The notes beneath the pieces were generated by a model, which was not told the DNA's origin, ran no database searches, and saw only the letters and a program-made list of their open reading frames with translations. 49,445 bases of DNA from Octopus bimaculoides (Eukaryota), in contig NC_068987.1 in assembly GCF_001194135.2 (NCBI RefSeq), positions 57,268,444-57,317,888 on the forward strand. The letters are read 5' to 3'. Below, piece after piece: positions 39,683 through 49,445 of this stretch. The translations under genes were made by a program, and so were the position numbers. Position 1 is the first letter of the stretch; every line of letters begins with the position of its first letter.

Positions 39683-40141
39683 TGTTTATTTAGCCCCGGA
39701 CTCACTTTTATAGAACTAATATCGTTGGAGAATTTTCCCCGAGTTGATTTTAATCATATTTCTCGTTTAAGTGATAAACAGTGTGTATGCCGGCGTGGGA
39801 GAATTAAAGATATTTAAATTGTATCAGGTAATATGTGTTTCTCTGGTAAAAGGGCCATTGTAATTTAAAACAAAACACCTAAGATCTGAAATTTTAAATG
39901 AAGCGATTGATGTGGTAACGGTTATAATTAAAATTACATGAAGTTTGGAAGAGAGATAACAAAGAACGAGCTTAAACAAAGGTTATAATGTTTTTTTCAT
40001 GATTAAAAATGGAGAGTTTCAACTTGTGTAACAAATATAGGATACTCGGGCTAAATTTAACAGTTCATAAAAGCAAAGAAAACACAAAAATAAACTATCT
40101 TAGAAAATCAAAAAAAGAAAAATCAATTAGAAGATAAAACT

Positions 40142-40465
40142 TTACTCAAAGTAACCAACTTTAGCTTCCACTACAGCCTCAAGATGGTTCTGGAATCTGG
40201 TGCATGTGTTCCTCATTGCGTTCATGGGAAGATTTTCCGACAACTCTTTGGCAATTGGAGGAATTGGACGACCATAAACTGGGTCTGCTGAAGTCCTAGA
40301 AATTGTCCGAAAACCACTTCCGACTCTTTTCGGAGGTATGGCAAGGAGCCGAACCCTGCTATTACATATGTAGTCTTCCAGCAGCAACCCTCTCCAAACA
40401 GAATTTGACCAGTCTCCAGCAGCTTCACATAGCCATCTGAATTGAGCCTCAGGCCATGTTAATCA
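40142..40465 (-). pseudogene. Tc1/mariner-superfamily transposase C-terminal relic with stops and an internal deletion
   Basis: Across frames it reads HGLRLNSDGYVKLLET, VAAGRLHM**QGSAPCHTSEKSRKWFSDNF*DF...LWSSNSSNC (decayed QQDSAPCHT and WPPNSPDCNP motifs) and CTRFQNHLEAVVEAKVGYFE*. Confidence 0.85.
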
Positions 40466-40624
40466 ATTGTTTGCCGTGTCTCTTTTTACTAGTCACAGCT
40501 CCGTCACAGCTCCGTAGTCTCCGTTGCAGCTGTCCATTTCACACCTTAGGGCCTTTATGGTGCTCACAGAGCATAGGGCAGCAGTTATAATGACAGCATT
40601 TTGATACCAGGTGCGAATCATCTT

Positions 40625-40830
40625 ATTTCTTTATTGCCCACTAGAGGCTAAACATAGAGGGGACAAACAAGGATTAAGTCGATTACATCGACCCCAGTGA
40701 GTAACTGGTACTTAATTTATCGACCCCGAAAGGATGAAAGGCAAAGTCGACCTCGGTGGAATTTGAACTCAGAACGTAACGGCTAAGCATTTCGCCCGGC
40801 ATCCTAACGTTTCTGCCAGCTCGCCGCCTT
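40625..40830 (-). mobile_element. SINE family A monomer, young-looking copy
   Basis: It is the reverse complement of the first monomer at 23442-23674, including the tail gggcaataaagaaata. Confidence 0.9.
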
Positions 40831-43029
40831 CATCTTGATACGAATCATCTTGATACAGGTAATTTATGCGAATCATTTTGATACAGGTAGCTCTTCTCCA
40901 GTATTCAGATTGCTTCCAGTCCTCCATGTTAGTTAACTTTTTTTCACCTACAACTGTCGACGATTTACCAATACATCAAGATGTTCCCGAAAAAAGGAGG
41001 CAAATTTTTTTCTTATTTAGCACGAACACCTGTAGAATAGATTACTCTAACAATATTTAAAGAATTTTGATTGGTAATAGTAAGTTATAAAGCTATGTTA
41101 TCTTAATCCGATCTTTACGATTACTGTGTTTGGTGTATTGTGAAATATTAATTTAATTTAAAATGGGATTAAGCTAACGTAGCGGTTAGCTTAAAAGAAT
41201 ACTCTTTTGTATTAACATTAATGACTTAACTTAAAATTATAGAGACTGATAGATCGTGGAGAGATATTTATTATATATTCTGACTGTAATGTCCTTAAAT
41301 GTATTAGTAAAAAGTCTTTTCATGGCTGGGAAGTTACGGTTAGACAGATATGCGTCGATATTGATAATGCTGCAATTTATTAAAAGATGCACGCATGTAT
41401 GAAATATAATTTCTCACATTAAAGGTTCTAGCCGGTTGAAAACAGTATAACCATAGACGGTAATATGAGTTTCATAAATATAGTAATATAGTATAAAAGT
41501 ATATTAAACCAAAAAGTAATATTAAAATAGGACACAAACGATTACGATATGAGCTTTGTGTATTTTCTGTATTCTTATGTTATGCAAAAAAACTGAAAAA
41601 TGGAAGAGGCAGGGATCGTACAGATAGATGAACTGGACAGCGTACTGACCCTCGACGAAAGGAAAACGGCAAAATTATGTATCTGAAAATTAAAGATCAT
41701 ATTGATGAAAATGTAATGTATTGGAACTTTATAAATAAATGTCTTCTTTAAATATAGCTACAGAAATACTGTTTTTGATGAGAATATTGAGGGATAATAC
41801 AAAATCCTGTTAAACGAAGAGGCCCACGAAAACAGGTTTAAAAAGAAAGTATTTAAGTGACAGGGGGGTCTATTACTAACAATATATAAAACTCGTGTTA
41901 AGGAATATAGGAAAATACAGAAAAATACTAGGTTAGGAAGAAGAAATGCAAAAAAAAAAAATGCATATATCTACAGATATACGCTAGAAACAGCAGAGAC
42001 TTTCTTATCTAAAGCGTCTGAAAGACTTTTAACATATCTTAAACTCTTCAAATAAACAAAAATTATCTTTACTTTTAGTAAAAGTTTAAATTTTAACCCA
42101 TTAATAATTGATTATTAGTTCAGTAAAAATTTCATAAAGCCTTTAAAAACTTTGACTTTTCTATAACTGTGGAAAGCCATTTAAAGCAGTCAGTTTATCT
42201 GAAGTCTTTTTACATTTGCATAAATCAAAATACGGCGTCTCTATAAAAATAAAACAAAACTCAATGTAAATGTGAAATACATTTATAAATCTTCGAACCA
42301 CCTTAAAACTGTAAGTATCTTCTAATTAATGCATATTTAACTAGGCATCAAAATATAACGACGCGCTTGGAAGTAAAACGAGTGAACAGCGTCTTCCGCT
42401 AAGCAAAAGAAGAGGCTTTTCCTTTGGTATGATTCGCTCTTTAATCTACAAGTTTTATATAAGTTCCTATAGAAAACAAAAATTTTCTTTCAAACCTTCA
42501 CATAAAGACCTTCTAATCTTCAATATTACAGACATTCTAAACAAAATAATATCAAAATTTCCTATTCTATCACAATGTTGTTTAAAGCATCGCTGTATCG
42601 AGTAGAGGAAAAACAAAAATTGAACAAAACCACCATAATATTTCATAATTGGAAATGTACTGGTCTACAATCTGCTCCATGGTATTTCTTATTAAGTTAA
42701 CCGTTATCTCCTCCCACAAAATTCGATCAACAAATCCATTAATTCCAAAGTCACAATACAAAGAAATCTGGAACCTGAATACACTTTTATGTATGGTCTC
42801 TAAAACTTATTCTAAAACAATATGATCAAGTGGAAAATTGTATCACACTATAAGAAAACCGCCACCACCGCCGATTCTTTCTTCTTCTTCTTCTTCTTCC
42901 GGATTCAGTTCCTGTCAATGACAGTTTTGCTTTTTAGCTCTTTGGGGTCGATAAAGTGATGTAACCGATCAAAGCCCTTCCCTCAAAATTACTTGCCTTG
43001 AGTCTAAACAAGAAACCATTAAAATAATA

Positions 43030-43218
43030 ACAATCCTTTCTACTATAGGTACAAGGCCTGTAATTTGGGGGCAGGGCTCTGGTACTTATTTCATCAACCT
43101 CGAAAGAATGAAAGGTAAAGTCGACCGCGGTGGAATTTGAACTCAGAACGTAGGGGTAGACGAAACGCCGCTAAGCACTTCGCCCAGCATGCTAACGATT
43201 CTGCTAAATTGCCGCCTT
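43030..43218 (-). mobile_element. SINE family A copy followed by (GAT)n/(TAA)n at 43219-43310
   Basis: gaatttgaactcagaacgtagg...catgctaacgattctgctaaattgccgcc. Confidence 0.8.
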
Positions 43219-43219
43219 A

Positions 43220-43281
<62 letters not shown>

Positions 43282-43339
43282 AATAATAATAATAATTAAT
43301 AATAATAATTAAAAACACGGTTTAGTAGAAACTGTTGAT

Positions 43340-43690
43340 TTAATCAACTGCTCGCCGCCCCAGCTGGCATTCTGTCGGTTACAATGACGAGGGTTCCAGT
43401 TCATCTGATCAACGGAACAGCCTGCTCGTGAAATTAACATGCAAGTGGCTGAGCACTCCACAGACACGTGTGCCCTTATCGTAGTTCTTAAGAGGATTCA
43501 ACGTGACAGAAAATGTGACAAGGCTGGCCCCTTGATTTACATATACAACTCATTTTTGAGTGAGCTGAATGGACTGGAGCAATGTGAAATAAAGTGTCTT
43601 GCTGAATTCACAGCACTGCCGTATATTGAACTCGCAATTCGTACGATTGTGAGCCACGTACCCAAACCACTAAACCACCTTCATTTGTGA
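43340..43690 (-). mobile_element. SINE family B copy
   Basis: It is the reverse complement of the 26486-26790 body. Confidence 0.8.
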
Positions 43691-44136
43691 TGAATTTTGC
43701 ATACATCAGAAAGCATTGAAAAAGAGGAGACAGGTTAATTGAATAGATAAAGTGACGGACGAAAATATAATATTTAGTGATGTCCTTTCATGTTCTACGA
43801 TGAAATCCTGTCGGAGTTGACGTTGCCTTTCAACCTTCCGAATTCGATAAAATAAAATTCAATCAGGTAATAGGATCGATTAAATCGACCGTAATCTTTT
43901 ATGAAATTGTATGGCTTCGTTAGAAATCAATGTTGCTATTGCTATTATCTAATTTGCTTTGTTTAGATAACTCTAGAGAAATTATTCTGCAAGGTAGAGT
44001 AAATGTGACTATGAACCTTTGCACTTATTTTAATTCTATTAACTTACTTTAATTATATTAATCGATCTTCCAGGAAGAGCTATCTTTTGGATTTCACATT
44101 GGTTTACCGTTTCGATTTCCAACTTTGTTTCCAATA

Positions 44137-44353
44137 TGGGGGAGTGCTGATAAGTTCCTGGCTTTAAGGGTATCGCGAAAGGTTTGGTTGGAGGTCCAAC
44201 CTTCCGAGTTCTTTTACAGAGCTTAGAAAAGCTGTAAGACCGCTGCAATAAGTGCGTGAATTTGAAAGTGGAATATGTTAAATAAAGTCATAATTAACTG
44301 ATCCTCCCATATTTTCTTTTACCCAAAGCCAGGAACTTTTCAGCACACCCTCG
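44137..44353 (+). mobile_element. 217-bp mariner deletion derivative (MITE-like) with ~28-bp TIRs and a TA TSD
   Basis: TA|TGGGGGAGTGCTGATAAGTTCCTGGCTTT ... AAAGCCAGGAACTTTTCAGCACACCCTCG|TA. The interior keeps a mariner C-terminus remnant LEKL*DRCNKCVNLKVEYVK*. Confidence 0.88.
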
Positions 44354-44749
44354 TATTCCATGTTTTTGATATCTTACTTTTTATAATGATATCGGGGGAA
44401 GCTGACTCCTATCACCTTTAGGTAATATTTGTTTATATATCACAGATGATCACACTATCTTCATTGTTCACAACTGTATATAGAATGTTTGTATCTTTGT
44501 AGAATAATTGGGAACTTTATTTCCTTACACATTCTCCATAGATGGATGCTACCATCTTGTTTAGGCTCTTAATGTCATCCGAAGCGGCTAGTTTGCGGTA
44601 TCTATTGTAGATATGTTTGATGAATTTCTCAAACCGACTTGCATTTTGATATTCAGGTTTCCAATGTTGTCAGTTACGTACACTTGTTAGTTTTTAGTGA
44701 ACAGCGTCAATTATAAAGCTTTCAGTTGTCTCTGTTTTAGTCTCAGGTA

Positions 44750-47150
44750 AGCTCTGTAAGAGCAAGTCTAAGATACAAGACATTGTAACCGTGGTCATTC
44801 CATTTTTTTTTATCAGCAGTGTATCTATGACCATGTTAATCAACATGTTATGTAATTTGAGGGAAATTTGGCTGCAAGTTTTGCATGTCGAGCGGCAACT
44901 TAGAAACTTCTCTCTTTTGTCAAGGCTTCAGTTGAGTGATGAGACCACACACAACCTTTTCATTTATCGTAATCAAGTATATTCATTTGTTTTTGTAATT
45001 GTCCTGGTACAAGTGCTAAATCTTATGTTGTATTTGTTTTCTTGATTGCTCCACGTTTTGTCTATTTTGATAATTATTTTACTTTTCAGGTGTTTATATC
45101 AGTATTGTGTGTAATGCTAAATGTGTTTGAAATTTTTTAAGAACGCATTGTTAAAGGGGCAGCTGTTCCTTTCCAATATTTGTCTGTTTCATTGTGTACA
45201 ATTATTGAGTACAGCTTATTGTATTTGTAACTCCTTGTAAAAGAGTGAGTGTTCAGCTTTGGTATAAATGTCTAAGACAGAATTTCTAATCGTATAAAGC
45301 TTCTATTGTCAATGAAAATATAAACGAGATGGGTGTCAAATTTGTGCGGTCCAATCTGAGTTTTGTTAGTAATTTTCATGTTTTTATGATTAGCTTTTGG
45401 GATCTCTTACAATCTTCAGTTTATCAAATTGAAACTGTAGCGTAGCTGTCTGAGAAAATTACTTGAGTGCTTTTCACTTTTATCATCACCAACTACGACA
45501 TAAACAGCGACGACAGTAGAATAATAAATAACAAGAAACATTAAGAATAGTATTCCTAAAATCTATGAATGCGGTACTCTGCCAAGGGCTGTTTCGTATT
45601 AGGCGATACGTAATTCTTTTATTCTGCCTCTTATCTTGTTAGTTGCATTAATAGTTGACCAGTCGATATGTACATGCTTCTCCTTCAGCTAATTAAGGCT
45701 TATGAATCACAGCTGTATATATTTTTGCTTAGTAATAATCGTGGCACTCCGTCGGTTCCGATCAACCAAACAGCCTGCTCGGGAAATTAACATGCAAGTG
45801 GCTGAGTACTCCACAGACACGTGTACCCTTAACGTAGTTCTCGGGGAGATTCAGTGTGACACAAGTGTAACAAGGTTGGCCCTTCGAAGCATAGGTACAA
45901 CAGAAACAGGAAGAAAGAGTGAAAGTTGTGGTGAAAGAGAAATTATAGAGGAATAATTCACGCAAAGTTCGCCCACCCCTGCCGGAGCCTCATGGAGCTT
46001 TAGGTGCTTTCGCTCAATAAACACTCACAACGCCCAGTCTGGGAATCGAAACCTCAATCCTACGACCGCGAGCCCGCTGCCCTAACCACTGGGCGATTGC
46101 GACTCCACTTAGTAATAATATCAGGCTCTTGTATAAAGTAGATATTGTGACTGGCCTAAATTTTGATAGTACCATTATTTTTTCTGTTGTGTGTCATGCT
46201 AGTATTTGAGCTCGACAGTTACTTCATTAAAATATCATGAACAAGCATTTAGGTGTTTTATTCAGGAAGTTTTGCTTTCAATCTATTCCAGGCAACTTTC
46301 AGTTTTTCTCCACTTCTGTTTTGTATCTGCTGCCATAATATTTGTATATTCATGTTGTCTTTACATGTTTCAATTTTTTCTTTTGTTTTATAAATTATTT
46401 CATTTGTTTTATGTTTTTTTTCTACTTGTCATATTTTCTTCAAAATATTTACCTTTTTTTGTCCGACTATTCTTTATTTTTATAGTTTGATCTTTGATTC
46501 TTTGTAAATATTTTGGTTTGCCTTCTTGAAACATTTTATTTTGTTTGAATTATTTGATTATTTTGTCAAAACTTACGCATTCGCTAAAATTTATTCGTTA
46601 AATCTTTTATTAATCTGTCGCTTCTTTCTTTGAATTCCCGTTCATTCTTAATTTCAAGTCTTCAAGTCTGCTTTTTCTGTTGGTTGACATTTATTTATTT
46701 TCATATACGCTCTCACATGTTCTGACTTTCTTATTTTATAGTCTTCAATTTATATCCTGTTGAAATGTTTGCTTTCAGTCTGGTTCTGTTGTATGTTTTC
46801 TTGTTTTCTCAAAGATTTTTACACAGCTGCTTCAGTTAATATATGTTGTGGTGTACATTAATCGATCTTTTTACTTTATATTTAAATCATTTATTTGCTG
46901 TGTCTAAACGGCAAATTGTTTGCCTGATAAAGGATATGTTTTATGTAATAAGATATTCTGGTAGTTTGTGGTCGGTCTTCTAATAACATGAATTTTATCG
47001 TGCAAAGTTTTGATTAATTTTCACCATCATAGTTTTATGATGTTCATGTTGGCACTAGAGGTTTAATATAATTCTGATTTGGTTGTGCTAAGTCTGGCGT
47101 TGTTTGTGTGGGTTAACATGTGGGTACTATCATGTCTTCCTGCCAAATCG
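44750..47150 (-). mobile_element. Decayed Penelope-like retroelement interrupted by a SINE
   Basis: A minus-strand KQTNIGK remnant near 45170-45190 recalls the Penelope VKTNIGK motif. A KREVSK/CR-like remnant lies near 44890-44915, in A-rich coding-like composition. No intact ORF. Confidence 0.4.
45740..46090 (-). mobile_element. SINE family B copy
   Basis: The head in reverse reads gcaatcgcccagtggttagggcagcgggctcgcggtcgtaggattgaggtttcgattccc. The body is shared with 26486-26790. Confidence 0.85.
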
Positions 47151-48552
47151 TTTTCAAGACAATTTCTCTACCACTCATATCAATCTGGCACCAAATTCTC
47201 ACCGGTGGCTCTTCGAACATACGTCAAGGCATCACCTAGTTAGCTGGCTAACGGTGACTGATAAGTTTTAAATTCATGGTGAAATCCTTCAAAGGTTTTT
47301 GTACCGTGTGCATGTGGAGGCTGGAATTGTTTGGGTGGAAGCCAACCATCAGTGGTTAATTTTCAATCAGCAGAAAGACGATATCCAGCACCTGATCTGT
47401 GGGACACTTAACTCAGAGCATAGACATTCTCCTATATCCGTGTCACTGTGTCATAGCTCTAGATGTTTCGGCGTGAGTTGCTAGTGACCCAGGAAGTCAG
47501 GGACGGAAGAGTGAGGCTAGTCGTCTAGCCTTGCCCTCTTCGAAGTTCAGCGCATGTCAGGAATCGAACTTCTTTTAAAAAATCTGACAGATTGTAATAA
47601 TGAGATACCGAGTACTTTTGTAGTTTGATAGAATAAAAGATTTAATATAGGTGGAAGCAGCCATGAAACTCTGATCGCTTACGCAGTTGCTTCTTTTGCT
47701 CTTCATACTCTTTAAGAAGTGTTGTGAATGTATATAGCGGTCACATTCCAAAACGAAGAATGAACAAGAAAGATTTATGTTCTGCTGAGATTTAGTATGG
47801 ATGGAATAGATGTTATGTTCTGTTCTGTCGTGGCCTTTGCTTTTAATTGTACTTTAACGTGAATTATTCCTCTATAATTTCTCTTTTTCTTTAAATTTTT
47901 CTCTTCTGCCCAGGATATTTATCCTTTTAAAATAATCTTTTTTAAATTTGACAGTGTGAACGGCGATTTCAATTGTCTTTTCATCATATTTATGAGGTCG
48001 ATTCTGCGATGCTTTCTGAAGGGTTTAATTAGATAGTTAAGGGGCCTTTTATAAACTCATTTCTGTCTCTCAACACTGTCACTCAACGTTGGCAATCAAT
48101 ACTGGGACATTTCTGTCACACATTCTCATATTATTAATTTCATAATTAACTTTAGTTTCACCGAAATGATTGAAAAATTTCAAATTTGACTGCTGGCTGT
48201 ATATTTTGCTTCACATGATGACAATAAATCACCGTACAGCAAACAAACAATTATAACAGTAATCATCTAATGATATCAGCGTATCTTTAAAATATTAATT
48301 TCCGGAACTACATAAAGATTTTTTGCTAACACTTAGTTGCAATGTATTATGTATAGGTAATTTATTTGATACTAGCATACCCGTGTCGTAAAAAATGCCG
48401 CCAATTTTATTAATGATACAAAATGGCGCATCAGCACACACAATGGAGAAACCATTGATAAATGTCAGTAATGTAGTAAGTATATGAATATACACAGAAT
48501 TGATGCACTTGAAGAATCAGATACGGTTGTATCGCCTCGACTATAGATATAT

Positions 48553-48603
<51 letters not shown>

Positions 48604-48615
48604 CACACACACACG

Positions 48616-48650
<35 letters not shown>

Positions 48651-48829
48651 NNNNNNNNNNNNNNNNNNNNNNNNNNNNNNNNNNNNNNNNNNNNNNNNNN
48701 NNNNNNNNNNNNNNNNNNNNNNNNNNNNNNNNNNNNNNNNNNNNNNNNACTTATTGTAGCCCGATGTTAGGATTGTTTTCTTTTCCAAGTGTAATCTGTT
48801 GAGTGTGTATATGAATAATAATACTAATC

Positions 48830-49025
48830 CTTTCTACTATAAGCACAAGGCCTGAAATTTTGTTGGAAGGCACTAGTCAATTATATAGACCTCAGAATTT
48901 CACTGGTATTTAATTTATCGACCCCGAAAAAAATGAAAGGAAAAGTCGACCTCGGCGGAATTTGAACTCAGAACGTAAAGATGGACGAAATGCCCTAAAC
49001 AGTTTGTCCGGCGTGCTAACGCCGC
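48830..49025 (-). mobile_element. SINE family A copy
   Basis: gtcgacctcggcggaatttgaactcagaacgtaaag...cggcgtgctaacgccgcc. Confidence 0.85.
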
Positions 49026-49299
49026 CAAGAAAAAAAGAGAAGAAGAAGGTGATGGTGATGATGATGATCAACAAGGGAAGACAACTATGACTATAATAAA
49101 TAAAAGGAGAAAAACTTAAGATAAAAAGAAATGAGCAATAAGTGAATAAAATGAAGGAAATTTTCTCTACTACAAAAATTATCGAGGGCAATCACTCGAA
49201 CTGATTATCTTACATATAATAAAATGCAATGTGTGACNNNNNNNNNNATATATATGTGTGTGTGTGTGTGTGTGGAAAGAGGAAATAGGTGCAAAACCC

Positions 49300-49445
49300 A
49301 GTTTATTACAGCTGTAGTAAACAGTGTTATTTGGGACAGCTAGGATACTTAGGATGGTTCTTGGCATCTAAGGGAACTTATTGTAGCCCGATGTTAGGAT
49401 TGTTTTCTTTTCCAAGTGTAATCTGTTGAGTGTGTATATGAATAA
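49300..49445 (+). mobile_element. Extreme 3' end of another R4-like element
   Basis: TVLFGTARILRMVLGI* resembles the E5 C-terminus. Its UTR is duplicated at 48749-48830, where it runs into ataataata. Confidence 0.6.

Noticed and set aside
41000-42900. A-rich stretch resembling a decayed LINE
   Set aside because: I could not recover any diagnostic motif by eye. It needs RepeatMasker or TBLASTX.
48295-48495. Hydrophobic ORF as the receptor's signal-peptide exon
   Set aside because: It starts at GTG with an upstream in-frame stop and no ATG. It lacks the N-terminal cysteine cluster, and no LRR exons were found between it and the hinge.

Overview
AT-rich animal genomic DNA with five assembly gaps (13585-14552, 20284-20416, 30026-30585, 48651-48748, 49238-49247). 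The SINE and microsatellite content suggests an octopus or other cephalopod; this is inference from remembered repeat families. The only host gene I can support is a minus-strand type-B leucine-rich-repeat GPCR (rickets/bursicon-receptor, LGR4/5/6-like). I reconstructed four in-frame, GT-AG-bounded exons: hinge about 34724-34876 (or 34983), hinge 33593-33778, TM1-TM2 29714-29941 and TM3 250-429. The ORF track missed the TM3 exon. The LRR exons and TM4-TM7 were not found and probably lie outside the window. The 29.3-kb TM2-TM3 intron contains a head-to-tail array of five decayed RLE-type (R4/Dong-like) retrotransposons joined mostly by (TAA)n. It also contains a foldback element with a telomere-repeat core, a near-perfect 153-bp palindrome with an odd A-s-A'-s' layout, a Helitron-like element and many SINEs. 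Penelope-like relics and Tc1/mariner relics occur elsewhere. Most ORFs in the supplied track are microsatellite or repeat artefacts. I see no unambiguous new biological system. The best leads are microsatellite-targeted retroelement stacking, the telomere-core foldback, the palindrome and the unusual receptor hinge. Repeat boundaries are approximate unless a TSD or splice site is quoted.
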